From: Candidatus Heimdallarchaeota archaeon
GTDB lineage: Archaea > Asgardarchaeota > Heimdallarchaeia > Hodarchaeales > Hodarchaeaceae
Direction: 5' to 3'
Assembly: GCA_011364965.1 (NCBI GenBank)
Contig: RDOB01000003.1
Span: 336,276-400,275, forward strand
Length of the DNA stretch: 64,000 bases
Every line of letters begins with the position of its first letter. The stretch's first letter is position 1. The translations under genes were made by a program, and so were the position numbers. Shown here in pieces: positions 9,705-19,606 of this stretch. The notes beneath the pieces are model-generated. The model did not search any database. It saw only the letters and a program-made list of their open reading frames with translations, and was not told the DNA's origin.

Positions 9705-10969
9705 TCATCAGATGAATTAGATTTTAAAAGTTTATATTTCTCCGATAGCGGTTTACAAGTCTCTAATTGAGTATTTATTCTTGAAAGGATTGTCTCATTG
9801 AATTTGTGTAGTCCTTCTGCATTTTGTGGGATATTCAAACTTGAAAAATCAATTTTAACTGACTCAGGGACTGAATCTTTAGGAAGGATTTTATTAGACA
9901 TAATATCATCAGGAAGTTCATTAAACTCATCTTCAGACTTATTTTGTTCCTTATTTAATGAGAGAATTTCTCCTTCTTCGGAATTAAGAAATTCAGCAAA
10001 TTTTCTATCATTTAAGCCTTTTAGTTGTAATGCTTCCTCAGGAGAAATATCTGGAATTTCTTCTGCAGGTGAAGAAAGAGGTTCTTCATTAGATTCAGGT
10101 TTAGCTAATAAATCTCTTATAATTTCAGTTTCATTAACTGTAGAATCCGTGGAAAAGGCTGTACTATTAGGAAAATAGGCATAATTTTTTGTAACTTCAT
10201 TTTCACCAATATCAGAGCGAATAGGATAGTTTGATATCTCATCATATACTACAGCGTCAAGATTGTTTAAAGTAAGCTCTTTTGCCGAAGAAGGTTCTGT
10301 TTTAGGTTTTATTTTTCGTCCAGATAGTAGACTAAGCTTTTCAGTTTGGGAAGGCACAAATATGTTTGAATAGGTATAATTTGATGTTTCTGTAATGTCA
10401 GAAAATGCATTAGGATTTACAACAGGAGTTAATAACAATCCTGGTACTACTTTCTGAACAGCATTCTTGAAATCAAATCCCCTTTCATGGATATCAAAGA
10501 AAAAATCATTTAAATGCATTTCTTTAAGAGTAGGAAAGTTCAAATTAGGAAAAGTGATTGTTAAATTGAATAATGTATTTTTAGAATCTTCAATTATTCT
10601 GAATTCAAATTCCTGAAAGTTTTTTAATACTGAAAGCCTAAAATTTGGAGGTTTAGCCTCAACCTGATATTCCAACATTACTGTGGTTTTATTTTCATGT
10701 TTCGAATATATTATTACAGCTTCCGGGATATTTGGCGTAGTAAAAATTTCTTCAGAAGGATTCAAGGATGCATAATGCAATTGATTTATCTGATTTTTTC
10801 TATCAAACCCGTCTAGGAATAAACCAACGAGATATCCCATTCCTCCGAATAAAAAAAGATAAATCGTGCTTTGATCTACCGATAGATAAAATAAATAACC
10901 TAATAGGAAGCCTATGATAGTTGTTAAAAAACTCCGATTACCTAGAGTCATTTTATTCTCCACAAACAA
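9701..10969 (-). CDS. Membrane-anchored hypothetical protein
   Basis: Two N-terminal hydrophobic helices (FLTTIIGFLLGYLFYL, IYLFLFGGMGYLVGLFL). These are followed by a globular region and a Ser/Glu/Pro-rich low-complexity tail. Confidence 0.45.
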   Translation of the reverse strand: MFVENKMTLGNRSFLTTIIGFLLGYLFYLSVDQSTIYLFLFGGMGYLVGLFLDGFDRKNQINQLHYASLNPSEEIFTTPNIPEAVIIYSKHENKTTVMLEYQVEAKPPNFRLSVLKNFQEFEFRIIEDSKNTLFNLTITFPNLNFPTLKEMHLNDFFFDIHERGFDFKNAVQKVVPGLLLTPVVNPNAFSDITETSNYTYSNIFVPSQTEKLSLLSGRKIKPKTEPSSAKELTLNNLDAVVYDEISNYPIRSDIGENEVTKNYAYFPNSTAFSTDSTVNETEIIRDLLAKPESNEEPLSSPAEEIPDISPEEALQLKGLNDRKFAEFLNSEEGEILSLNKEQNKSEDEFNELPDDIMSNKILPKDSVPESVKIDFSSLNIPQNAEGLHKFNETILSRINTQLETCKPLSEKYKLLKSNSSDD

Positions 10970-11062
10970 TTTCGATTCTTTCTATTCTTATATTCCCCCT
11001 TTTGTTTATATATTCAAAATTTCTAAAACTTTGATAGAATACACTAACTTTGGAAAAAAACC

Positions 11063-13822
11063 TCAGTGATATGTATGGGAAAATAAATTATAACTTTCGT
11101 CAAGTGACACTGCTTCTCCTTTCATTATCTTCTTCAAGATGTGTTTGGCACCCAATTTATCTAATTTTGTATTATTATGACTACAGAAAGGAAGGAATGT
11201 GCATTTAGGACAACCTGAAGGCTGCAAGCAATCACAAAGTAATAAATTGTATGCTCGTTTTAGCATCTTTTTAAGATGATAGCGAAGCATAGCACAAACT
11301 CCTGATCCATTAGGTTGATCATATAGGAGAATATAACTTTGAGGCATTAAAGCAAGTCCATTTATCTCATTCAAATTCCCTCCAATGAAAGGAAGACTTG
11401 CATGGAGAAGAACATGAACAAGAGTATGAATAGAGGCAATTTGGTTCTGAACGTCTGTGTCCAATTGATGTTTTTCGCTTTCAGGTATTCTAAATATTAA
11501 TCCTTTTGATTTTGCAGAATAGTAAATTGGCTCCCGTAATTTATGAGCTGAAGATCCATTAGGAGTATTAAGTATAAATCCATGGACAGCTTGACGAATT
11601 TTAACTGATATATCGGCCACTTCAATATTATAAACACAATATCTATCCTCAATGTTTAGAATTTCAGGTTTTACCGAACATAAAGGGTAGGTTTGACCCC
11701 ATTTTATGTGGGGTTTTGTTAAGATTGCAGTTCCTTGGAATCCGTTAAAATTAAAACTAGCAACACGATAGCGAATGCCACCTGCATAATAAAAAGCCCC
11801 GGGATATAATTCCAACATAGCCATTGGTAGGGATCGTTTACCAATGATAGATCCTCCTCTAACTTTAATGTGTATTTCATGGTTTTTTCCTCTAATAGAA
11901 TATTGACGTGCGTGTTCTTGTCCTTTTAACGTCGGATAAAAGGGAGAATTATCTGATTGCTGTAATAATTTTTTCTCATACAATTGCTGAATAGTACTAA
12001 TATGATCTGGAAACTCAGTACTCTCGAGAGGTCTATCTAAAGAGGCGCATAATAATTGATATTTGATTACAACAGGATTTCCAGGATCAAGGTAAATATC
12101 TTCAATATCATTATAGTATTGATCAGGATGCTTATAATAATAATGTGAAATTGGATCCTCAGCATTCAGGAGTACAATTGCAAGGGCTTCCTGACCTTTC
12201 CTTCCAGCGCGCCCAATGCGTTGCATAGCCCGATTCACACTCACAGGAGGGGTGATTACAATATCCAAATCCCCTTGATCTATTCCTAATTCATAAGTAG
12301 GTGTGGCAACAAGTATATTGAGTTTTCCTTCCCTGAAATCAGTTTCAACCTCTTGACGAATCCTTTGATCCAATCCTGCTCTATGGATTCCGATGTTATT
12401 TGCTTTACCTCCAAGTTTCTGATATAGTAATTCTGCAGCACGATGAGAATCTTGAAAAATAAGCATTTTTCCTCTTCCCTTAATCGCATTTACCAAACTA
12501 TTAGTGCTATCTAATGTTGATATCCCAGCAAAAGGAGCAAGCATAAGGAAGTGCGTACGTCCCCTACGTCCCTTTTTGCACTCAATAATTTTGACCTCCC
12601 TGTTTAAAAGACGTTCTACAAATTTCTGGGGATTAGCAACAGTAGCGGAGGCGCCGATATACTGAAGTTTTTGACCAACAATGCGTTCAAGTCTTCTTAA
12701 TATGAAGTGCATATTAGAACCGAATGTACCTGAATAGGAATGGATCTCGTCTAATATCACAATTTTCAGGTTTGACAAAAGATCCTGAAACTTCTGAGAA
12801 TTTTTTCCAAGCCCTAAGTGATAGTGCAGAATGTCAGGATTCGTTATGAGGATTTCGGGAGGATCAGAAAAGATCTTTTGACGCCAATAATGTGTTGTAT
12901 CACCATCAAATACCTTTATAGAGAGACCAACAGTAGAGACAACCTCCTCCAACTTACGTTTTTGATCTTTAGCAAGGGCTTTCATTGGGTAGATTATCAC
13001 AATTTGTACGCCACAGTCTTTAAATCCTTGAATTTTCAATAATGAAGGAATTAAAAATGCTTCAGTCTTTCCAGTACCAGTTGGAGCTACAATGCATACA
13101 TCTTGGGAATTACGAATTGCGTTAAAAGCTGAATATTGGTATTTATAGAGTTTATTAATCCCCCTCGATTTTAAAAGTGCTATTAACTTGGAATTTTCAA
13201 GGCATTCTACAATTGGTCCATATTCTCCGCTCTGTTCCTCAAATATCCGATAATCTACAATTTGATGTTGAGCATAAGAAATAACACGTTGTAATCCCAA
13301 TGGGAGATCTATTGATTTTACATTGAAAAATTCCTCAAATTCAGGAAGGTTCATAATCGGACGGGGTGCAGTTTTCTTCATTTCCAGTCCATCAATAAGC
13401 CCGTATTCCTGATTCTTGGGAATTTCTTTCAACGTACCAGAATTAATCAACCTTAATTTTGTTGCTTTTTGCAAACCTGAACTATTTCCACCAGCTAAAG
13501 CATAATATTTTTGTAAACAGAATTCAGCTTTTAAATTATCTTTTATTGAAAAATAAAGAGAAGATAAGTTCTTCCAAGTATCACGATTAGAATTATCAAT
13601 AGTTAGAATACGTCCATAAGTATTCTTGGCCTCGTCAATCCTTTTCAGCTTGATAAATTGATTTGCTATCTCTGTAAGAAGACTTATCGGGGGACTTGGG
13701 TGAGTACGGAGTGCTAGGTCACATAATTCTCTAAGAAATTCTTCTTTATCCCGATTTAGTTTATAATCTTCTAAAAGCTCACGATAACGATCCCAATAAG
13801 TTAGTTCTAGTTGATTAGTCAT
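11063..13822 (-). CDS. DEAD/DEAH-box helicase with C-terminal DUF1998/MZB four-Cys domain (MrfA/YprA/Hrq1-like) and N-terminal TPR-like extension
   Basis: Motif I APTGTGKTEAF, motif II ILDEIHSYSG, SATV, HRAGL, and motif VI QRIGRAGRKG. The C-terminal cluster is CDCLQPSGCPKC..FCSHNNTKLDK, the DUF1998 signature. Confidence 0.8.
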   Translation of the reverse strand: MTNQLELTYWDRYRELLEDYKLNRDKEEFLRELCDLALRTHPSPPISLLTEIANQFIKLKRIDEAKNTYGRILTIDNSNRDTWKNLSSLYFSIKDNLKAEFCLQKYYALAGGNSSGLQKATKLRLINSGTLKEIPKNQEYGLIDGLEMKKTAPRPIMNLPEFEEFFNVKSIDLPLGLQRVISYAQHQIVDYRIFEEQSGEYGPIVECLENSKLIALLKSRGINKLYKYQYSAFNAIRNSQDVCIVAPTGTGKTEAFLIPSLLKIQGFKDCGVQIVIIYPMKALAKDQKRKLEEVVSTVGLSIKVFDGDTTHYWRQKIFSDPPEILITNPDILHYHLGLGKNSQKFQDLLSNLKIVILDEIHSYSGTFGSNMHFILRRLERIVGQKLQYIGASATVANPQKFVERLLNREVKIIECKKGRRGRTHFLMLAPFAGISTLDSTNSLVNAIKGRGKMLIFQDSHRAAELLYQKLGGKANNIGIHRAGLDQRIRQEVETDFREGKLNILVATPTYELGIDQGDLDIVITPPVSVNRAMQRIGRAGRKGQEALAIVLLNAEDPISHYYYKHPDQYYNDIEDIYLDPGNPVVIKYQLLCASLDRPLESTEFPDHISTIQQLYEKKLLQQSDNSPFYPTLKGQEHARQYSIRGKNHEIHIKVRGGSIIGKRSLPMAMLELYPGAFYYAGGIRYRVASFNFNGFQGTAILTKPHIKWGQTYPLCSVKPEILNIEDRYCVYNIEVADISVKIRQAVHGFILNTPNGSSAHKLREPIYYSAKSKGLIFRIPESEKHQLDTDVQNQIASIHTLVHVLLHASLPFIGGNLNEINGLALMPQSYILLYDQPNGSGVCAMLRYHLKKMLKRAYNLLLCDCLQPSGCPKCTFLPFCSHNNTKLDKLGAKHILKKIMKGEAVSLDESYNLFSHTYH

Positions 13823-13856
13823 TTGTTATTCGAACAATATTACTTAGCTTGGTTAA

Positions 13857-13882
13857 ATACTCGAAAATTTGATTTCGAGTAT
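13857..13882. promoter_or_regulatory. Perfect 10-bp inverted repeat ATACTCGAAA-N6-TTTCGAGTAT overlapping a TATA element (13880-13887) in the divergent helicase/luxE-like promoter region
   Basis: Read directly from the sequence. TATATAAA on the plus strand equals TTTATATA on the minus strand. It lies 58 nt from the helicase ATG and 68 nt from the luxE-like ATG. Confidence 0.45.
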
Positions 13883-13954
13883 ATAAATGACCAAAGTAAT
13901 CATAGTCGATTCTCACAAATCCAACTAGAAAAATGATAATGGACGAATGATAAT

Positions 13955-15382
13955 ATGACAATTTCGACTATCGAGACTACTGAACAAGGAGAGAAAATAA
14001 AAAAACTACAATTTGAACCTCAAGTTTTGGTTCAGTTAACAAACGAAGAGCTATTTAGCATGAATCAAGAAGTGGTTGAACAAATTCAATTGAAAGGAAT
14101 TCAAATAAGGTTTGAAACTTTATATCCCAAGGTACAAGCTTTGAAGAGACTCGCTGAGGAACAGGGAATTCAAAATATAAATTCGTTGAATGACGTTATC
14201 CCCCTACTGTTTCAGCATACAGTGTACAAATCTTACCCTTTAGCATTAATAGAAAAGCATCAATTCAGCAAACTTACTCAATGGATGAATAAATTTACAA
14301 CACATGACATAAGTAAGGTGAATGTAACGGAATGCAAAAGCATAGATGATTGGCTTGAACAAATAGAAAAGCAAACAGATTTAAAAATCGTTCATTCAAC
14401 TGGAACCTCTGGAAAGCTGTCTTTCTTACCCCGAAGCGCATCAGAAATGCAGAATTTTAAAAATGCACTTTATTTATTCATTCATGCGCTAACTGGGGTC
14501 AATCCACATGAAAAAACAATACCAGTCTTTTTTCCTGGATTTCGTGATGGGAGACAATTAGCTCAAAGAGTGCTATCAACTTTTGGCCCAGAACTAGCAG
14601 GTTCACCAAATGAATTTCACACTGCCATACCAGATTTTATGTCCGCAGATTTTATGGCTCTAGCAGGAAGAATGCAAGTAGCCAAAGCAAAGGGTGAGCT
14701 GGGAAAAATGCAAATGATTAAAGCATTGGCCTGGAAACGGGGAGAAATCTTAAAGTTGAAACGTAACCGGCCAAAAATGATGCAAGCATTCTTTGATAAT
14801 ATGATTGAGAGATATAAAGGAAGGCAGGTCTTCCTAATGGGGCCACTTAGTACTTTAATTTCTGCAGCATTAGAAGGAGAAAAGCAAGGTTATTCACAAG
14901 TATTCGCACCAAATTCCGCAATTGTAACAGGGGGTGGATTAAAGGGAATGGATGTTCCTAACGACTGGTATGAACGAATATGTCGATTCTATGGAGTTAA
15001 AACTATTAGAGATGGGTATGGAATGACAGAAACGACTGGATATTGCCCTTCTTGTGAATACGAAAGATATCACATATATCCTTTCCACGTTCCTTACGTC
15101 TTAGATCCTGACACAGGGAAAACATTACCTCGAAAGGGAATTCAAACAGGTCGATTTGCATTTTATGATCTCCTTTCAGAATCTTACTGGGGAGGAATCA
15201 TCACAGGAGACGAAGTAACCATCCATTGGAATGATGAATGTGAATGCGGACGTAAAGGGCCATGGATTGAAAAGAGAATTCAAAGATTTAGCGAAAAGCA
15301 AGGGGACGATAAAATCAGCTGTGCTGGTGCCCAAGAAGCTTATGACAATTTCCTCGACTTCCTTCTTGAAGTAGAGGAATGA
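13955..15382 (+). CDS. Acyl-protein synthetase / adenylate-forming enzyme, LuxE-like
   Basis: HSTGTSGKLSF (AMP-binding P-loop equivalent of LuxE FTSSGTQG), IVTGGGLKG, GYGMTETTG, and a C-terminal KISCAGA. It is paired with a LuxC-like gene 25 nt downstream. Confidence 0.65.
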   Translation: MTISTIETTEQGEKIKKLQFEPQVLVQLTNEELFSMNQEVVEQIQLKGIQIRFETLYPKVQALKRLAEEQGIQNINSLNDVIPLLFQHTVYKSYPLALIEKHQFSKLTQWMNKFTTHDISKVNVTECKSIDDWLEQIEKQTDLKIVHSTGTSGKLSFLPRSASEMQNFKNALYLFIHALTGVNPHEKTIPVFFPGFRDGRQLAQRVLSTFGPELAGSPNEFHTAIPDFMSADFMALAGRMQVAKAKGELGKMQMIKALAWKRGEILKLKRNRPKMMQAFFDNMIERYKGRQVFLMGPLSTLISAALEGEKQGYSQVFAPNSAIVTGGGLKGMDVPNDWYERICRFYGVKTIRDGYGMTETTGYCPSCEYERYHIYPFHVPYVLDPDTGKTLPRKGIQTGRFAFYDLLSESYWGGIITGDEVTIHWNDECECGRKGPWIEKRIQRFSEKQGDDKISCAGAQEAYDNFLDFLLEVEE

Positions 15383-15407
15383 TTTCTTCTTTTCTGGATG
15401 GTTAAAA

Positions 15408-16862
15408 ATGGAAATACTCTTAGAAAAACCTAAGGAATCATTGAAGGATCGAGTATTTGAAATCCCTTTAATAGCAAAAGGAAAACTAATAACAGATTAT
15501 TCTGTGACCTATAAAGGTCGCCATGGAGCGGAGTTTATAACTTCTGATCCAAAAAGATTCTTACAAAAAATCGTAATGAAAAATCCATCAGAACTTAATG
15601 TTCTGTATTCTCTTAGTTTAGACGAAATTCTAGAATATCTCGATGATTTGGGAAAAAGATTGGTTATCGAGGAGAATGAATACTTACAAGATGCATTTGA
15701 ACTCGGATGCTATGCCTCGGGACTCACCCCCTCAGTCCTATATACGACCTATAAATCTTTACCATTATTTTTTGAGAAAAGCGCCATTTGGGAAATGTTA
15801 GAGCAACGAATTGGAGTAAAGTACCTTGAAAATTGGGAACCAGCAAGATTAAATGACGGAAGAACTATTTATTTGAGAGCTTTTGGATCACGTAGTGTCC
15901 ATATTATTGCAGGGAATGTTCCCATTGTTGCAGCAGGCACAATAATACGAGGTTGCAGTACCCGTTGTAATACTATTATAAAATTACCATCAAACGATCC
16001 GCTAACTGCAACAGCACTAGCACGGACAATGATTGATATGGATCCCACCCACCCTATTACTAAGAATATTTCTGTTCTTTATTATAAGGGAGGGGATATT
16101 GAGTTCGAGGAATCTTTTTACCGCCCAGAATATATTGAAAAAATCATAGCTTGGGGGGGATATTCTTCTGTTCAATATATAACTAGATATATGCAACCAG
16201 GAATAGACTTAATTACATTAGATCCAAAGTTAAGCACTTCTATTATTGGAGTGGAAGCTTTTTCCAGTGAAAAGGTAATGAGAACAGTCGCTCAACGGGC
16301 TGCAATTGATATTGGATCATACAATGGAGAAGCTTGTATTAATTCCAAAGTGATCTACGTGCAATCAGGTACTGATCCAGATGGAATACAAAAGTTAAAT
16401 CAATTAGGCGCATATATATATTATTCTCTTACAGCATTACCACCTCATATCAGTACAGCACCTAAAAAATTTGATTTAGAACTCAAATCAGCTATTGATG
16501 GACTCAGAACGGATGATGAATGGTATAAGGTCTATGGTGGAGAAAATAATGAAGGAGCGGTCATTGTATCTCAATTAAATGAGCCTGTTGATTTTTCATA
16601 CAAACTCTGCAATAGAGTTGTCAATCTTGTCCCTATTGATACAATGGAAGAAGCAATACGATCTGTGAATTCATATACCCAAACTGTTGGAATTTATCCT
16701 GAATCCCTTAAGAAGAATATTCGGGACGATTTAATTCTCCATGGGGTTCAAAGAATTGTATCATTAGGATTTGCACCAAGAGGAAGTCTTGCTACACCTC
16801 AAGATGCTATTGAACCTCTACGTCGAATGTGTAAATGGGTTATTGACGAATCATCAGTCTAA
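15408..16862 (+). CDS. Acyl-CoA reductase, LuxC family (aldehyde-dehydrogenase superfamily)
   Basis: HIIAGNVPIVAAGTIIRG motif typical of LuxC, a candidate catalytic Cys in YNGEACINSKVIYV, and a ~480 aa length. Confidence 0.7.
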   Translation: MEILLEKPKESLKDRVFEIPLIAKGKLITDYSVTYKGRHGAEFITSDPKRFLQKIVMKNPSELNVLYSLSLDEILEYLDDLGKRLVIEENEYLQDAFELGCYASGLTPSVLYTTYKSLPLFFEKSAIWEMLEQRIGVKYLENWEPARLNDGRTIYLRAFGSRSVHIIAGNVPIVAAGTIIRGCSTRCNTIIKLPSNDPLTATALARTMIDMDPTHPITKNISVLYYKGGDIEFEESFYRPEYIEKIIAWGGYSSVQYITRYMQPGIDLITLDPKLSTSIIGVEAFSSEKVMRTVAQRAAIDIGSYNGEACINSKVIYVQSGTDPDGIQKLNQLGAYIYYSLTALPPHISTAPKKFDLELKSAIDGLRTDDEWYKVYGGENNEGAVIVSQLNEPVDFSYKLCNRVVNLVPIDTMEEAIRSVNSYTQTVGIYPESLKKNIRDDLILHGVQRIVSLGFAPRGSLATPQDAIEPLRRMCKWVIDESSV

Positions 16863-16908
16863 AAAGATATCAGAAAATATTAATTAATATTCCAGAGGAA
16901 CAGAGATT

Positions 16909-17247
16909 TTGACAAAGAAAGATTGCCAGAATAAAGTACAAGATTCAATTTTAACCGAGAAGGAAGACTTATTGTTCTTCTGTATTCTTTTTAGAATATA
17001 TTTGTATCAATGCCCCGAACACTGTCCATACTTTCTAGAAGGGAATCCAATTTCAATGAAAGTAATTTATACAAATGATTATGAAATGGAATGCCCGTAC
17101 TTTCAATATATTGGTAAAAATCCTGCCATAAAAAGCGATTCGGGATTTTTTTACTGTACATACACAGGAACAAATCCAATATGTAATAATTGCCCATTCG
17201 CTCAGGAAAAAGCAGTAAAACACAAATTGAATCAAGAATCCTCATGA
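16909..17247 (+). CDS. Small Cys-rich protein with three C(P/T)Y(F/T)..G.NP repeats, hypothetical
   Basis: HCPYFLEGNP, ECPYFQYIGKNP and YCTYTGTNPICNNCPF. TTG start. Same strand, directly after the LuxC-like gene. Confidence 0.4.
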   Translation: MTKKDCQNKVQDSILTEKEDLLFFCILFRIYLYQCPEHCPYFLEGNPISMKVIYTNDYEMECPYFQYIGKNPAIKSDSGFFYCTYTGTNPICNNCPFAQEKAVKHKLNQESS

Positions 17248-17365
17248 TCTAGAATCGATTCTTTCTTCATATTAACGATATACTGATTTTCTGCAATCTT
17301 GCAACAAAGGAAGTGCTTAATAGTACTCTGTTTTCCAATTACGATTACACATAGGATGAATTTGC

Positions 17366-17992
17366 GTGACTCCTAAGCAATATAATCACACAATAGGGAA
17401 AAAAATCGAGACTCTGTTGCACGATATGCAATCTGTGAGTTCTTATCACCGCGCAGAGGCGATCAAACAGATTGGGAATTTGCAATTGAGTATCCAAGAT
17501 ATCCCACTAGAAGTCCACAAGAAACTCGAACTAGCTCTCCGTGATCCTGAACCAGAAGTACGAAGCGAAGCAATAATGGCTCTTGCTTTTCTAGAACAAG
17601 AACTCGCTCTTCCCCTTTTGGAGCCATTATTCGATGATCAAAGTGATTTGGTTAAAGGAAGACTTTTAGCAGCTTTAAGTTATATCGGTGTTACTCCGAA
17701 TCCATCATTAACTGAAAAATTAATCGCTTACCTTAACTATCCTAACGAAGAAATTAGAGACCGATGTGCAAGAGCTTTAGGACGGTTAAAAATAAAAAAT
17801 TCTAAATTAGAATTGCTTAATTTGGTTAAAAATGACCCCTCAGAAATGGTTCGTGCTGGCGCAGTTGCAGCTTTGGGAATGATACAAATAAAAGACAATT
17901 TTCTCTCAACGGAGCTAGAAAAGTTGTTAGAAGAAGAAAATTCTAGACTTGTAAAACTTTCTATCAAAGAAACATTAGCTCTGTTAAAATAA
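17366..17992 (+). CDS. HEAT-repeat protein (PBS-lyase HEAT-like repeats)
   Basis: Repeated D(P/x)ExxVRxxAxxALG units (DPEPEVRSEAIMALAF, EEIRDRCARALGRL, DPSEMVRAGAVAALGMI). GTG start. Confidence 0.7.
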   Translation: MTPKQYNHTIGKKIETLLHDMQSVSSYHRAEAIKQIGNLQLSIQDIPLEVHKKLELALRDPEPEVRSEAIMALAFLEQELALPLLEPLFDDQSDLVKGRLLAALSYIGVTPNPSLTEKLIAYLNYPNEEIRDRCARALGRLKIKNSKLELLNLVKNDPSEMVRAGAVAALGMIQIKDNFLSTELEKLLEEENSRLVKLSIKETLALLK

Positions 17993-18045
17993 AATTTAGG
18001 TAATTAAAAAGAATGTTCAGATTTGCTATTGAAGCTATTCTATTT

Positions 18046-18110
18046 GGCTTTCGAGGAGGAAGTGATAAGCTTCCTCGAAAGCCTCCTCTCCCCTCGTTTT
18101 AAATTTTTTT
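18046..18110. terminator. Hairpin plus T-tracts between convergent genes
   Basis: GGCTTTCGAGG (18046-18056) pairs perfectly with CCTCGAAAGCC (18073-18083). Inner AAG/CTT pairs follow, then TTTT (18097-18100) and T7 (18104-18110). Confidence 0.5.
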
Positions 18111-19077
18111 AAAATTCTTGATTATCAACCCATTGTTCAGGAGAAAACCATCCATGACTTCGTTTTTCTTCTATTAATTCATCTCGAAAATCTGAGAAAT
18201 AGTACGTTGTCCCTCCCATGATAATTTCAATACTTTTAAAACCAGGGTTTTCAGATAACCACACCTGAATTTTTTCAACCTCGGTATAAGAAGAACAAAG
18301 AAAGGTTAGTAGTAAAATAGGGGCATCAGTAACCTTCCAAACGCTCCAAAACGACTCAGTAAATGTTTCATGTAATTCACGGCTTAATTCCCTTAGGTAA
18401 GGATCAGTAATCAGAGTAAGTTCCATACGAAAAACAGTCCAAGACTCTTTATGGGATCGTGCAGGATTTAGATGAATTGTTTCATCTATAAGCTCATTTT
18501 GACGTAAAAAATCAAGGCGATGAGCCAAAGTTTCAATGGAAATTTGCGTTCTTTTTGCCAACTCAGGTAATGGGAGACGCCCTTGTTCACGAAGATGCGA
18601 TAAGAGTAACCAATCTACCTTTTCCAATGCGAGAACATCAGATTTCGGCTCTTTGGTTATTTCGCCAGGCATGTATACCACTTTGTATGCTTTCAACTCA
18701 TTAAAAGAAGGATGTATACCCTTAAAGTATTCTAGCACCTCCTCAATATCAAGATCTTGTACATAATGAATGAAAGCAAAACCCTCAATATTTTGTCCTA
18801 CAGAAATATATTCAACTGCAGGATTAATACCAAGAAGAGTAATACGATCTAGATCTATAATTTCTTGGGAACGAAAGAAAATAAAAGCTTGCTTTACATC
18901 GAATAACGCAGGAGTTAGGATCACTGTAAATTTTAATATGATATGTTCATCAACAAGCCTTTTTACTCGAGATGTCACTTCCTCGGGAGGAATATTATAA
19001 TACTGAGCTAAATCTGAAAAGGAAATTCGGCAGCTTTGTTTCAATTCGAATAGAAGATTTTTATCAAGCTTGTCCAT
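18109..19077 (-). CDS. Transcriptional regulator with two Lrp/AsnC-type HTH modules
   Basis: LDKNLLFELKQSCRISFSDLAQYYNIPPEEVTSRVKRLVDEHII and VDWLLLSHLREQGRLPLPELAKRTQISIETLAHRLDFLRQNELI are both classic Lrp/AsnC N-terminal wHTH patterns. Confidence 0.7.
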   Translation of the reverse strand: MDKLDKNLLFELKQSCRISFSDLAQYYNIPPEEVTSRVKRLVDEHIILKFTVILTPALFDVKQAFIFFRSQEIIDLDRITLLGINPAVEYISVGQNIEGFAFIHYVQDLDIEEVLEYFKGIHPSFNELKAYKVVYMPGEITKEPKSDVLALEKVDWLLLSHLREQGRLPLPELAKRTQISIETLAHRLDFLRQNELIDETIHLNPARSHKESWTVFRMELTLITDPYLRELSRELHETFTESFWSVWKVTDAPILLLTFLCSSYTEVEKIQVWLSENPGFKSIEIIMGGTTYYFSDFRDELIEEKRSHGWFSPEQWVDNQEF

Positions 19078-19606
19078 TCAATAAACTCCCAAGGGGGATT
19101 TTCGGAATCTACTTTATTACAACAAGAGTTACAAGTACAAAATCACACAAAAAATCTATATGAGGTTTTAGTCATAAATTTGTTTATTGATTTCCAAGGT
19201 CATCCTAATTATTATTTAAAAGCAATTTTTTGCTAAATATCATATAATTAGAAGAGAAGGATTTTTTAATCCAAAGATCAAATCTATTCATACGATATCG
19301 ATCTAGATATTTTAGAACACGAAAGACTTAAGTTATGCTATCAAGTTAAGATAATGTGGTTTTAGAGACAAAAGAAAGAGAAGAATGCGTCCCTAAACTA
19401 TATGAAAATAATAAAATGAAAATCTAAAATGAAATTAGGGGGATATCTTGAAGCAAAGCGAATCTTACGATATAATTCTACATTTCAAAGACTTTTATTA
19501 AAGAAATTATTCATTTAAATGTTTATTGAGCGAGAATGAAAGCTATTTATAGTCGGAGTTACTCAGGTAAGAACTCGGACTTATATATACAAGAGGTTGT
19601 AAAAAG

